A DNA stretch of 64,000 bases from an uncultured Oscillospiraceae bacterium (GCA_964384255.1 CAYLKH010000001.1:10668-74667), one strand, 5' to 3'. Positions 32,729-42,884 are shown, counted from the stretch's first letter. Numbers and translations are program-made. The notes: generated by a model not told the origin, from the sequence alone.

Positions 32729-34111
32729 TTACCCGATTTTTTCTGAATTTACAAATCCCCTGAATACTGTCAGTATAAGGATCTTGATATCCAGCAGCAG
32801 GGACCAGTTTTCGATATAGAATATGTCGTGCCGTATGCGTTCGGGGATAGAGGTGTCGCCCCGGAACCCGCAGACCTGAGCCCAGCCGGTTATACCCGGC
32901 CGAACCTGATGCTTGACCATATACAGGGGTACGCTTTCTTTAAACTGGTCTACAAAATGGGGAAGCTCAGGACGGGGACCCACCAGACTCATATCGCCCT
33001 TGAGAACGTTGAAAAGCTGGGGCAGTTCGTCGATAGAGAATTTGCGGATAAAGGAGCCGAACCGGGTTTTCCTGGGGTCGGTGTCGGTGGTCCAGCCGGA
33101 GTTCTCGGCGGCGTTGACCCGCATGGAGCGGAATTTGTACATGGTAAAGTTTTTCTTGTTGCGTCCGACCCTGACCTGCCTGAAGATGACCGGCCCCGGA
33201 GAGGTGAGCTTGACACCCACAGCGGTAATGAGCATAATGGGCGACAGCAGGATCAGGGCACACAGGGAACCAAAAATGTCCATCACCCGTTTCAGAAAGG
33301 CGTTGGCCATATTGTCCAGCGGAATGCGACGGATATTGATAAGCTGGATCCCGCCGACCTCGTCGATATAAGGGTGGGCAGGCATGTATTCGAAGTAAAA
33401 CGGGATAAGCGACAGCTTGGTGCCGCTTTTTTCGCAGGCAGAGATTATGTCTCTGATCCTGTCCAGCTGGGATGCGTCCAGGGCGGCAATGACCTCGTCA
33501 AAATTGTTGCTGTCCAGCAGAGACTCAAGCTGGTCAAAGCCGCAGAGCCTTTTGATGCCGGAAGGAGGAGCGCCGTCGGTCACGCAGCCAACGATGGAAA
33601 AGCCAAGAGAGCTGTCGCTGTCGATAGCGGCGCGATATTTTTCGGCGGCGTGGCCGGAGCCTACCAGAAGCACGTGCTTGAGGTTATAGCCCTGGCTGCG
33701 ATAGGTACGGAGGATCCTCCGCAGAGCCAGCCGCTTCAGCCCCACCAGAACCGTTGAGCAGATGTAGTAAAAAATCAGGACCCAGCGGGAAATGTGGACA
33801 TCCTTGACAACGAACAGCCAGACCATATACAGCAGGGTGACGGCGGCGTTGGCGGCCAGCAGCTTTTCAAGCTCTTTATAAAATCGGACCGATCGGAAGG
33901 ATTCGTAAAGCCCCAGCAGGGCATAAACCAGCAAAAATACAGGGACCAGAAACAATGCGGCCCAAAGGTAGTGGGACAGGACCATATGGCTTGGGTCGCC
34001 GGTCAGTATCTTGAATCGGAGAGCATAGGCGGGGATGACGGATATGTAAACGATGACCGCGTCGCTGACGACGTTAAGCATATTCAAAACCCGCTGGTTT
34101 TCCTTTATCAA
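32729..34111 (-). CDS. Polyprenyl-phosphate hexose-1-phosphate transferase (WbaP/CpsE-type bacterial sugar transferase)
   Basis: C-terminal KRVMDIFGSLCALILLSPIMLI...PGPVIFRQVRVGRNKKNFTMYKFRSM...DELPQLFNVLKGDMSLVGPRP. N-terminal TM bundle plus a Rossmann-like linker. TTG start after GGAGGTG. Confidence 0.9.
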   Translation of the reverse strand: MIKENQRVLNMLNVVSDAVIVYISVIPAYALRFKILTGDPSHMVLSHYLWAALFLVPVFLLVYALLGLYESFRSVRFYKELEKLLAANAAVTLLYMVWLFVVKDVHISRWVLIFYYICSTVLVGLKRLALRRILRTYRSQGYNLKHVLLVGSGHAAEKYRAAIDSDSSLGFSIVGCVTDGAPPSGIKRLCGFDQLESLLDSNNFDEVIAALDASQLDRIRDIISACEKSGTKLSLIPFYFEYMPAHPYIDEVGGIQLINIRRIPLDNMANAFLKRVMDIFGSLCALILLSPIMLITAVGVKLTSPGPVIFRQVRVGRNKKNFTMYKFRSMRVNAAENSGWTTDTDPRKTRFGSFIRKFSIDELPQLFNVLKGDMSLVGPRPELPHFVDQFKESVPLYMVKHQVRPGITGWAQVCGFRGDTSIPERIRHDIFYIENWSLLLDIKILILTVFRGFVNSEKIG

Positions 34112-34124
34112 GACTTCACCTCCA

Positions 34125-34452
34125 TGTCAGGGGTTGCGGATCAGTAATTAGTGCGGGCAGTGCCTGCGGCATGACCTAATCAGGAGACGGGGCAGGAAAT
34201 CGGTTTTGCCCAATAACTGACCCCTGATAACTAACTCATATAACCTACCCATTATATCATATACACATGACAGTTTGCTAGACCAAAATGCGGTCAGGCA
34301 GCGGTTTTAATATTAAATAACGCTGCCGATTTCCAGATGATGGAAACCGGCAGCGTTTCAGCGTGTCAAAATGATCCGCTGGACTATTTTGACAGCCTCG
34401 ATATGATATGACTATTGGTTATCTGACAACTAACTACTGATAACTAATCCCT
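34125..34452. repeat. Composite repeat region, copy G: arm/core/arm element, variable hairpin, GTGTCAAAAT hairpin (H2), extra right arm
   Basis: Arms GTCAGGGGTTGCGGATCAGTAATTAG (34125-) and CAATAACTGACCCCTGATAACTAAC (34210-). Hairpin AACGCTGCCG...CGGCAGCGTT (34319-34357). H2 GTGTCAAAATGATCC gct GGACTATTTTGACAG (34363-34395). Arm GGTTATCTGACAACTAACTACTGATAACTAATCCCT (34417-34452) overlaps the galE stop. Confidence 0.55.
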
Positions 34453-35457
34453 GTCGACATATCCTTCCGGGTTTTTTATCTGCCAGTTCCAGGTGTCGCG
34501 GCACATATCTTCGATGGTCCTTTCTGCCTTCCATCCAAGAACACGCTGAGCCTTGGAGGGGTCGGCCAGAATAACGTCGATATCCCCGGGCCGCCTGGGG
34601 CCGATCCGGCACGGGATGTGGATACCGGTAGCTTTTTCAAATGCGGCTACCAGCTCAAGCACCGTGGTGCCTTCGCCGGTACCCAGATTGATGGCGTCGC
34701 ACCCGGGCTTCATCTGCTCCATGGCCATAACATGGCCACGGGCCAGATCCATAATGTGCAGATAATCCCTCAGCCCGGTGCCGTCACGGGTGTCGTAATC
34801 GGTGCCATATACGTTGAGGTATGGCCGACGACCGATGGCGACCTGGGTGATATATGGCATCAGGTTCCCCGGTACGCCGGAGGGGTCTTCCCCAATCAGC
34901 CCGCTTTCGTGGGCGCCGATGGGATTGAAGTAGCGCAGCAGAACAGCGTCGATAAGTCCGGCGTCGCAGGCATCGGATATTATCTGCTCCATCATCTGCT
35001 TGCTCCTGCCATAGGGGTGAGAAGGCTGAGAAAGCTTCATAGTCTCGATAAAGGGAGCGGGCAGCTGGCTGCCATAGACCGTGGCAGAGGAGCTGAAAAC
35101 AAAGCTCCGGCAGCCGTGAGCAGCCATGGACTCCATGACCGTTATGGCTCCGCCAATGTTGTTGCGGTAATATTCCAGCGGATGAGCCACAGAGGCCGGT
35201 ACGGATTTAAGGGCGGCAAAGTGGATAACGGCGGTTATTTCGTTTTCGTCAAAAACAGTATCTACGGCTACGGGGTCAGTGATGTCGATCTTATACAGCT
35301 TTGGCGAGACTCCGGTTATCCGGGCGATGCGCTGGGCGACGATATCCGAGCTGTTGCGAAGGTCGTCTGCCAGAATAACGTCGTATCCCGAGTTTATCAG
35401 TTCAACGGCGGTGTGGGAGCCGATGTATCCGCAACCGCCAGTAAGCAAAACAGACAT
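34444..35457 (-). CDS. galE: UDP-glucose 4-epimerase
   Basis: MSVLLTGGCGYIGSHT (GxxGxxG), SSSATVYG, and YGRSK (YxxxK). Start taken at ATG 35457. Confidence 0.9.
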   Translation of the reverse strand: MSVLLTGGCGYIGSHTAVELINSGYDVILADDLRNSSDIVAQRIARITGVSPKLYKIDITDPVAVDTVFDENEITAVIHFAALKSVPASVAHPLEYYRNNIGGAITVMESMAAHGCRSFVFSSSATVYGSQLPAPFIETMKLSQPSHPYGRSKQMMEQIISDACDAGLIDAVLLRYFNPIGAHESGLIGEDPSGVPGNLMPYITQVAIGRRPYLNVYGTDYDTRDGTGLRDYLHIMDLARGHVMAMEQMKPGCDAINLGTGEGTTVLELVAAFEKATGIHIPCRIGPRRPGDIDVILADPSKAQRVLGWKAERTIEDMCRDTWNWQIKNPEGYVDRD

Positions 35458-35563
35458 GGTAAAGGTCCTTTCGTTGTTTATAAGGTGATATCGACAAAAA
35501 GTACGGTCGGGGGAGCTTTTGCCCCTGATGCGGTCATCGTTCACCTGAGTGGATAAGGCAGAC

Positions 35564-37315
35564 CTATTTGCCGGGAGTTCCGGTTATCACAGGTTCCAGC
35601 ACCTGCTGGATCTTATAGTGCAGATAGCTGGGGTCGGCCCTGGTGGTAAGCTGCTCGATTATGCGCTTTTTTGAAGCGGATTCAAGAAAATTGTCAATGC
35701 TGTAAAACAGATATTGCTTACCGGGCCGCTCGGTAAAGGCGGCTTCCACAGAACCGTCATCAGAAAAATACAGCTTGACAGTCCGGTCGGAAACGGTCTC
35801 GCAGAAGGCTATGTCCAGTATAAGGACCAGACGGCCGTTTTCGTCGGTGGCGAATCTGCCCATACAGCCGACGATATATGGCTCGCCATGGCAGACGATA
35901 GTGCTGTATTCCGGAGCGAAAAAGCCGACCGATACCCGGTGAGTTTCGTCAGCTTCGGCAAACTCGGCGGTCAGGCTGTATTTACTGCCGGAAAAGCTGA
36001 GGGAACGCAGACCCCTGGTATAGTTGTTTTGAAGCGCCTGGGAAAACAGCGGGAGCAATCCCACCGAAGATGCGTCAGTCCTGGAAAAACGCCAGCTTCT
36101 GCCCCACAGGCGGGACAGCTGCTTTTTGAGCTTGAGCCGCTGAGAGAATGAATATGCCGCCGTTTTCCGGCTGAGATAAAGGGAGGATTCAAGGTCCCGG
36201 AGATTTTTAAGCTCCAGCGGGTCCTCGGCCAGCTTATCCCCGGGCGCATACTCGGGGCCGAAATATTTTCTGGTGATGGTAAAAAAGTTGCTTTGCTGGA
36301 AAAGCTCGTCGTTTCCCGCGTTGGAAACGATTATCACGCCGGTGTCTTTATATCCTATAACGTTTTGGCCAAACATACCGTTGAACAGAAAACTGTTCTG
36401 GTTGCGGCCTACCCAGATCTGGTAGCCGTAGTTAAAGTCACCGCAGCTTTCCGGGACGGTGATCTTGAACGAGGTGGCCTGTTGGATAAATTCCTCTGAT
36501 ATCAGCTGCTTCCCGTTCCACCGGCCGCCGTTCAGGACCAGCTGACCCAGCTTGGCGGCATCTTCGGCGTGGATATACAGGCCCCATCCGCCCTTGGATA
36601 TGCCGGTGGGTGAGCGCTCCCAGTGGTGAGCGGTTATGCCCAGCGGCTCCCACAGACGGGGAGCAAGATAGTCGTCAATGTCCATGCCCGCAAGCTCTTT
36701 GACTATGCAGGAGAGCATATAGGTGTTCATGCTGTTATAAGAGAATCTGCTCCCGGTTTCAAAAAGCGAAACGGATTCAAGATAGGCCGCCTGCCAGTCT
36801 TCCTCGCTGACAGAACCGGCTTCGTTGAAGGCAACTCCCGTAGACATGGTCAGCAGATGGCGGACAGTGAAGGATGCTTTCAGCAGCCTGAGTATGCCGC
36901 TTCGCATATTGAAAATATCCACCAGCCGGTCGTCCAGAGAGAGCTTGCCTTCGTCTATGAGCATACCTATAGCCAGAACGGTCACGCTTTTGGACATGGA
37001 ATAGCAGATGTGCCAGAGGTCCTTCCGCCGGGGACCGAACCAGCCCTCGGAGATAACGTGGCCGTTTCTGAGGACAAGGATATCGTGCATATCCAGGCTG
37101 GCGTCAGAATTCAGCTCGGAAAGATACTGGCGGAGGTAGGCAGAGCTTATTCCCTGGGCCTCCGGCGAGCTGCGGGGAAAGGGCTGGGATATGGAGCAGC
37201 CCTCGTCGCAGGCGATTTTTTGGGGATAATATGGGATAACGGCCTCGGTGCTGACCTTGTGGTCGAATATTCGGGCCAGAAGCTTGATGGCGTTACTGTG
37301 ATTTTTTAGTTCCAT
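35564..37315 (-). CDS. Serine hydrolase, beta-lactamase/transpeptidase-like family, with an extra C-terminal domain
   Basis: YSMSKSVTVLAIGMLIDEG (SxxK). 583 aa. ATG 37315 follows AGGAGG by 7 nt. Confidence 0.78.
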   Translation of the reverse strand: MELKNHSNAIKLLARIFDHKVSTEAVIPYYPQKIACDEGCSISQPFPRSSPEAQGISSAYLRQYLSELNSDASLDMHDILVLRNGHVISEGWFGPRRKDLWHICYSMSKSVTVLAIGMLIDEGKLSLDDRLVDIFNMRSGILRLLKASFTVRHLLTMSTGVAFNEAGSVSEEDWQAAYLESVSLFETGSRFSYNSMNTYMLSCIVKELAGMDIDDYLAPRLWEPLGITAHHWERSPTGISKGGWGLYIHAEDAAKLGQLVLNGGRWNGKQLISEEFIQQATSFKITVPESCGDFNYGYQIWVGRNQNSFLFNGMFGQNVIGYKDTGVIIVSNAGNDELFQQSNFFTITRKYFGPEYAPGDKLAEDPLELKNLRDLESSLYLSRKTAAYSFSQRLKLKKQLSRLWGRSWRFSRTDASSVGLLPLFSQALQNNYTRGLRSLSFSGSKYSLTAEFAEADETHRVSVGFFAPEYSTIVCHGEPYIVGCMGRFATDENGRLVLILDIAFCETVSDRTVKLYFSDDGSVEAAFTERPGKQYLFYSIDNFLESASKKRIIEQLTTRADPSYLHYKIQQVLEPVITGTPGK

Positions 37316-38078
37316 TTTTGCTCCTCCTTGGGGAAATATCAGGAACAGATTGGGTCCGGAGCTTTTCTCCATAAGCCCTCAGATGCTCGATAAAGGGTGT
37401 GTTGGTGTGCATGGTGAGGAAAAAACGGGCTTTCTCGTGGCTGAGCTTTCGGGCGATACGGATATGCTCCCGCAGATCTTCGTAGATGACCGTAAGCTCC
37501 TGCTCCCGTGCATAGCGGCGGATGGTGGGCAAAAGCTTTGCCGAGTAGGAAACGTCGATAATAAAAACGCCCATGTACAGTCCCACGAAAAACGAGAACG
37601 CCAGATTGTTTGACAGCCAGATAAGGGCATCCATAATGTGGGGATGGATAAGGAAATAATAGATGGCCGAAAGAATATACCAGTATACTGTGAACCGGAA
37701 ACAGATTATGCCCTTAATGTTCCACCGGAGGTTTGAATAATCCCAAAGACGGACATTGAGAAATCTTATGCAGAAAAGCCCCGTCAGATATTCAACGGCG
37801 GTTATGCAAAGGGCCATGATGGCGAACAATACGGTCTTTTTCAGCCAGGACCCATCGATCCCGATAACGGATTCAAGCCCCGCCAGAAGGAAAAGGATAA
37901 GCAGGCTGAAACCATAAAGCGGCAGACACGGCCCCACAAGAAAGCCGGGGTTTACCCAGTTGTGTTCGGGGTTCGAGCCGGAAAAGAATTTGCGAAAAAG
38001 GACTTCGATCCCCCACCCGACGGTGCTGCCGATAGCGAACAAAAAAGCCAGAATCAGGAAAAACGGCAAATGTGGCAC
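37293..38078 (-). CDS. Polytopic membrane protein (DUF1113 / putative ABC-transporter type IV-like)
   Basis: FAIGSTVGWGIEVLFRKFF...NPGFLVGPCLPLYGFS N-terminal block, about 6 TM helices. Start uncertain (GTG 38078 or TTG 38069). Confidence 0.55.
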   Translation of the reverse strand: MPHLPFFLILAFLFAIGSTVGWGIEVLFRKFFSGSNPEHNWVNPGFLVGPCLPLYGFSLLILFLLAGLESVIGIDGSWLKKTVLFAIMALCITAVEYLTGLFCIRFLNVRLWDYSNLRWNIKGIICFRFTVYWYILSAIYYFLIHPHIMDALIWLSNNLAFSFFVGLYMGVFIIDVSYSAKLLPTIRRYAREQELTVIYEDLREHIRIARKLSHEKARFFLTMHTNTPFIEHLRAYGEKLRTQSVPDISPRRSKNGTKKSQ

Positions 38079-38101
38079 CTCCCTAAGTTTATGGTAGGGA
38101 A

Positions 38102-38131
38102 ATTATAGCACGAAGCCGAACATCTTGGCAA
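38102..38131 (-). promoter_or_regulatory. Candidate promoter for the membrane protein / hydrolase / galE transcription unit
   Basis: On the minus strand: TTGCCA, 18 nt, TATAAT with TGc extended -10. Confidence 0.45.
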
Positions 38132-38294
38132 GAGGGGCAGACTCTCCAAAGGCTGTAATAAATGAAGCAGATATCCCATATGCTCCCCATAGCGCAGCGT
38201 CTGCACCATGGGGAGCATATGAGGTCACGGAGCATTATCCAGGCGCAGCCAAAGACAGACAGCTGCCCCAGCGGATAGAACGAACTTTACTGAA

Positions 38295-38334
38295 AACCTG
38301 AATCCAAAGACCTCCCGGCCTTTGGATTCAGGTT
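38295..38334 (-). terminator. Terminator-like hairpin after the MATE gene
   Basis: AACCTGAATCCAAAG (10-nt loop) CTTTGGATTCAGGTT, a 15-bp perfect stem followed on the minus strand by TTTCAG. Confidence 0.55.
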
Positions 38335-38337
38335 GTG

Positions 38338-39693
38338 TTATTCGGCGGCTTTGGTTTCGGCCAGAGCCTTTTTCTTCCAGCCGCCTGTGGTAAGGCGGAT
38401 GATGTACATAAGGGTGCCTACGGCAAAGTCGAGGCCCATGCATATGTAAATGGTCTTTCTGCCTACAGAAGGCCAGCCGGCCATCCAGTAAGCCAGGACT
38501 ATGCGCATGGCCAGAGTGGCGAAGGTGATGATGGTGCAGGTGGTAACGTCGCCTGCGCCCTGGAGCAGACCGCGGCTGGTGAACAGGACCATCATAAGGA
38601 CCAGAACACTGGCCATGAATTTCAGGTATTCAACACCGAAGGCAAGACTGTCGCCGGAGCAGCCGAACATGGCGGTCAGCGGGCCGGCAAAGATAATAAG
38701 CACGGTGCCGAGAGCGATACACAGGGAACATCCCATGACCAGACAGGCGAAATAACCCTTCCACACCCGCTTCATCTGGCCTGCGCCGATATTCTGGCCC
38801 ACATAGGTGGAAATACCTGAGGCGAAGGAGATGCCAGGCATGATGGCGAAGGATTCGACCTTGGACGCGGCGGCAACACCGGCCATGGTAGCTGAGCCGA
38901 AGCTGTTGATAAGGCGCTGAATAGCCAGAGAACCGGCAGAGGAGATTATGGTTTGCAGCATGACGGGTATGCCGAATTTGAGGATCATGCCGCACTGGCT
39001 GCTGTCGAAGGACAGGTCTTTAAGCTTCAGATCCAGCAGGGGATGCTTTTTGTGGATGTAGATAAGGCAGGTAATGGCGGATATGGCCTGAGAAAGCACC
39101 GTGCCGATGGCAACGCCCGCCACATCCCAATGGAAAACGATAACGAACACCAGGTCGAATATTACGTTGGCAATAGACGAGATGAGCAGAAACAGCATCG
39201 TCGCGCCGGAATCGCCCAAAGCCCGAAGCTCGGCGGCAAAGGCGTTGTAAGCAAACTGGAAAACCATGCCGATGAAGTAGATGCGCATATAGGTCATGGA
39301 ATAGTGGAGAATATCTTCCGGCACACCCAGAACACGGGTCAGCACTATGGACGCGGTGGCTTCGCCAACGATGGTTATGGCAAGACCAAGACCCAGCATG
39401 AGTATGAGCATGGTGGATATACAGCGCCGCACCGCCTCGCGGTTGCCTGCGCCATAAAGCTGGGCAATGACGATACCGCAGCCGGTGGACAGGCCGGTGG
39501 CTATGGCCAGCAGCACGTTGGAATAGCTGGTGGCCGAGTTCATAGCGCCCAGGGCGGTTTCGCTGACAAAGTTGCCCACAACGATGCCGTCAACGGTGGT
39601 ATACAGCAGCTGGAGCAGCATACCGCCCAAAATGGGCAGGGAAAACAGCAATATGTGCTTCCAGGGTGACCCCTGAGTCATGTTTTTTTCCAT
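38338..39693 (-). CDS. MATE family efflux transporter (1 of 4)
   Basis: 451 aa, 12 TM. The N-terminal ILLFSLPILGGMLLQLLYTTVDGIVVGNFV block is typical of MATE. Confidence 0.9.
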   Translation of the reverse strand: MEKNMTQGSPWKHILLFSLPILGGMLLQLLYTTVDGIVVGNFVSETALGAMNSATSYSNVLLAIATGLSTGCGIVIAQLYGAGNREAVRRCISTMLILMLGLGLAITIVGEATASIVLTRVLGVPEDILHYSMTYMRIYFIGMVFQFAYNAFAAELRALGDSGATMLFLLISSIANVIFDLVFVIVFHWDVAGVAIGTVLSQAISAITCLIYIHKKHPLLDLKLKDLSFDSSQCGMILKFGIPVMLQTIISSAGSLAIQRLINSFGSATMAGVAAASKVESFAIMPGISFASGISTYVGQNIGAGQMKRVWKGYFACLVMGCSLCIALGTVLIIFAGPLTAMFGCSGDSLAFGVEYLKFMASVLVLMMVLFTSRGLLQGAGDVTTCTIITFATLAMRIVLAYWMAGWPSVGRKTIYICMGLDFAVGTLMYIIRLTTGGWKKKALAETKAAE

Positions 39694-39762
39694 TTTCTTC
39701 TCTCCGTAATTGTTTTTTATTACATAGTATCATAGGGGCAGAAAAAAGGTCAAGCAAAGGTT

Positions 39763-39870
39763 GCACAACTTGTATACAAAGGCCCGATGGCCTTTGTATA
39801 CAAGTTGTGCGGAACGAACTGAAGTTCGTTCGAGCGTGTCAAAATAGTCTGTTGGACTATTTTGACACGC
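39763..39870. repeat. Three consecutive hairpins, the last being the conserved GTGTCAAAATAGTC hairpin (H3)
   Basis: 22-bp perfect stem GCACAACTTGTATACAAAGGCC cgat GGCCTTTGTATACAAGTTGTGC (39763-39810). GAACGAAC tgaa GTTCGTTC (39812-39831). GCGTGTCAAAATAGTCT gtt GGACTATTTTGACACGC (39834-39870). Confidence 0.7.
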
Positions 39871-41218
39871 TGACGTTGTTTACCTGCTTTTTCCAGCGGC
39901 CGCTGAAATAGTATACCACCATGACAACGGTGGATACTGCCGAGGATATGGGAGCGGCCAGACCAAGACCCAGAAGGCCGCCGCCCATGGCGATGGCAAA
40001 AACGTAGCTGGCGGGGACCCGGATAAATACCGACGAACACAGGCTGACCATGGATGGGAACAGGGTCCTGCCGGTGCCGAGGGCGAAGTTGATAAATGCG
40101 TTAAACACCGCAACGGCCAGATAGTCGAAACAGAAGGTCCGCAGATAAAGCACCGACGACGCGATAAGCTCCGGGTCGGAGGTAAAGATGGACGAAAGCT
40201 GGGCCGAAAACAGCTGGACAACGGTGAACAGAACGATGTTTATGCCAAGCCCCATGGCAAGACCTGTCCACATGGTTTTGACCGCCCGGTCCGGTTTGCC
40301 CGCGCCAAAGTTCTGGGCGCACATGGCCGTTATGGCGTTGCCCAGAGATATGACCGGCAGGATCGCAAAGCTGGTTATGCGCCCGCCGATGGCTGAGGCT
40401 GCCGACCCCATGACCCCCAGCTGGTTTGCAACTATCAGGATAACGGTGAAGGACAGGGAGGTTATTACGTTCTGGACCGTGGTGGGTATGCTTATGGTCA
40501 GCAGCGTTTTCAGAGTTTCTCCATGGATGCGGAAGGAAGAAGGTTTGAAATCAAAAACAAAATCCGCCCGCTTGAGATATATCACGCAAAGCACAACGCT
40601 CAATGCCTGGGATATAATGGTGGCGCCCGCTGCACCGGCGGCTCCCATACCCATAACCGCTACCGCTATCAGGTCGAGAACGATGTTGGTTATGCTGGCG
40701 ATAATGATGAAGATAAAGGGGTGGCGGCTGTCGCCCATGCCCCGGAACACCGCGCTGAAAATATTGTATCCAAAAATGAAAACGAATCCCGAAGCGCATA
40801 CCCGGAGATAGCTTTTCGCTTCGCTCAGGGCTTCGGCCGGGGTGTTGATAAGGTCGAAGATCCGGTCCATAAAGATGTGGACAACGAATGTGAAGATCAG
40901 CGCCGCGATGAACAGAAACGTTATCAGGGTACCCACCGTCTTTTTGATGGCGTCTCTGTTGCCGGAACCCAGCTGCCGGCCAATTAGGACGGTGGCCCCG
41001 GTGCAGAAGCCGACGGCGCAGTTGGTCACAAGGTTGACTATGTTGCCTGCGTTGTTGACACCCGAAAGGCTGTATGTGCCGGCAAACTGGCCCACGATAA
41101 TAAGGTCCACAGCGCTGTACAGATTCTGTATCATCGTGCTGACAATAAGGGGCAGAGCAAAGCTGATAAGCAGCCGCGGCACACTGCCCTCGGACAGGTT
41201 GCGTTCAAAATTTGCCAT
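39857..41218 (-). CDS. MATE family efflux transporter (2 of 4)
   Basis: 453 aa, 12 TM, LISFALPLIVSTMIQNLYSAVDLIIVGQF. The last codons VSK plus TAG lie inside hairpin H3. Confidence 0.9.
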   Translation of the reverse strand: MANFERNLSEGSVPRLLISFALPLIVSTMIQNLYSAVDLIIVGQFAGTYSLSGVNNAGNIVNLVTNCAVGFCTGATVLIGRQLGSGNRDAIKKTVGTLITFLFIAALIFTFVVHIFMDRIFDLINTPAEALSEAKSYLRVCASGFVFIFGYNIFSAVFRGMGDSRHPFIFIIIASITNIVLDLIAVAVMGMGAAGAAGATIISQALSVVLCVIYLKRADFVFDFKPSSFRIHGETLKTLLTISIPTTVQNVITSLSFTVILIVANQLGVMGSAASAIGGRITSFAILPVISLGNAITAMCAQNFGAGKPDRAVKTMWTGLAMGLGINIVLFTVVQLFSAQLSSIFTSDPELIASSVLYLRTFCFDYLAVAVFNAFINFALGTGRTLFPSMVSLCSSVFIRVPASYVFAIAMGGGLLGLGLAAPISSAVSTVVMVVYYFSGRWKKQVNNVSVSK

Positions 41219-41364
41219 ATGGGTCCTCCCGTAGATTTATTGATATTATCATATCATAATAATCTGGCCATTACCAGTTGTTTTTTTTGCCCTCAGCCGG
41301 GGCCTATGCAAACAGCCCGGTTCGTGATATACTGTTGGTAATAATATTCGGGAGATGACGCGTT

Positions 41365-42879
41365 ATGCCAGAATATGTCACCCTTCAGCAGGCGGCCGGA
41401 CTCATAAGCTCCGGCGATATGGTCGGGATAAATGCCTTCCTGGCTCTGGCCAATCCTGCCCAGCTTATTGAAGCCATTGGCCGCCGCTTTGAACAGACGG
41501 GAGAACCCCGGGACCTTTCCATCTATTGTACCACCGGCTTCGGCGGGTGGGCTCCGGATTCCCCCGTCGAGCTGCCTGTCAGGGCGGGAGCGGTGAAAAA
41601 GCTGATACTCAGCCATTATGCCACCATGCCGGATTCTGCCCGGATGGTGCTGAACAACGAGATAGAAGGCTATAATCTGCCTCTGGGGGTCATGAGCCAT
41701 ATGGTGCGGGCCGCCGCAGCCGGTCAGCCATATTATATTACAAAGGTGGGGTGCAACCTGTTTGTGGACCCCGCCATAGGCGGCAGCAGGCTGAACAGCC
41801 GTTCAAAGGACGATTGGGTGTCCGATATCGAAATCGACGGCCAGCGGTTTCTCCGCTACAAAACTCCCCGGTTTGACGTGGTGCTGATAAAAGGCTCCAG
41901 CGCCGACAGGTTTGGCAACATAAGCTTTGAAAACGAACCCACGACCCTTGATGCCCTGGCCACAGCTCAGGCGGCCAGAGCCAACGGGGGCAAGGTAATA
42001 GTCCAGGTGGCCCGCCAGGTGGAGGAAAAGCACCGCCCCTGGAACGTAATAATCCCCGGTGCGCTGGTAGACTATATTTGCATCTGCCCCGATCAGACTC
42101 AGGTATATGGCATAGACGGATACGACCCGTCGTTTTCCGGGGACCAGTTCATTGAGCCGGAAGAAATAGCAGGCTGGCTCCGCCAGCAGGCTGACAGCGG
42201 TGACGACACCGCCAGAAACCTGATCTCCCGGCGGGGAGTGAAGGAGCTGCGGCCCGGTCAGCTGGTAAACGTGGGGATAGGTATCCCCGAGGGCGTGTCC
42301 CGTGAGGCTGCCCGGACCGGGCTGATATCCCGGCTTACCATGACCGTAGAGTCCGGCGGCATGGGGGGTATGCCCACCTCCGGCAGGACCTTTGGCTCGA
42401 CCGTTGGCGCCCAGAGCATATTCAGCACAGCCCAGATGTTTGACTTTTACGACGGCGGAAGCCTGGACATATGCTTTATCGGCGCGCTGGAGGTCGATAA
42501 GGAAGGAAACGTTAACGGCCATTACAGCCCCAACAAGCTGGCGGGTATTGGCGGATTTGCCAATATTACCCAAAACGCCAAAAAGGTGGTTTTCTGCTGC
42601 ACCTTTTCCGCCGGAGGACTCCAGGTCCGGGAGGACAGCGGCCGGGTGACCGTGGTCAGCGAAGGCAGGTACCAGAAGTTTGTAAACAGGGTCAGCGCGG
42701 TCAGCTTTTCGGCGGCTAATGCCCATCGCCAGGGCCAGGAGGTTTTGTATATCACCGAGCGCTGCGTGTTCCGTCTGGGCAGCAGCGGCCTGGAGCTGGT
42801 GGAGGCAGCCCCCGGCATCGACATCCAAAGGGATATCCTTTCCCGGCTTCCTTTCGACGTAAAGATATGTATGGACTGA
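41365..42879 (+). CDS. Family I acyl-CoA transferase (propionate CoA-transferase / YdiF-like, fused alpha-beta)
   Basis: 504 aa. N-terminal SSGDMVGINAF, central LTMTVESGGMGGMP (catalytic-Glu ExG region), and overall COG4670-like length. Confidence 0.82.
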   Translation: MPEYVTLQQAAGLISSGDMVGINAFLALANPAQLIEAIGRRFEQTGEPRDLSIYCTTGFGGWAPDSPVELPVRAGAVKKLILSHYATMPDSARMVLNNEIEGYNLPLGVMSHMVRAAAAGQPYYITKVGCNLFVDPAIGGSRLNSRSKDDWVSDIEIDGQRFLRYKTPRFDVVLIKGSSADRFGNISFENEPTTLDALATAQAARANGGKVIVQVARQVEEKHRPWNVIIPGALVDYICICPDQTQVYGIDGYDPSFSGDQFIEPEEIAGWLRQQADSGDDTARNLISRRGVKELRPGQLVNVGIGIPEGVSREAARTGLISRLTMTVESGGMGGMPTSGRTFGSTVGAQSIFSTAQMFDFYDGGSLDICFIGALEVDKEGNVNGHYSPNKLAGIGGFANITQNAKKVVFCCTFSAGGLQVREDSGRVTVVSEGRYQKFVNRVSAVSFSAANAHRQGQEVLYITERCVFRLGSSGLELVEAAPGIDIQRDILSRLPFDVKICMD

Positions 42880-42884
42880 ATAAT

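Noticed and set aside
39763-39870. A CRISPR array suggested by recurring palindromic repeats.
   Set aside because: Copies of the conserved hairpin are kilobases apart (11.7, 34.4, 39.8 and 45.9 kb), not in a regular repeat-spacer array. No cas genes are present.
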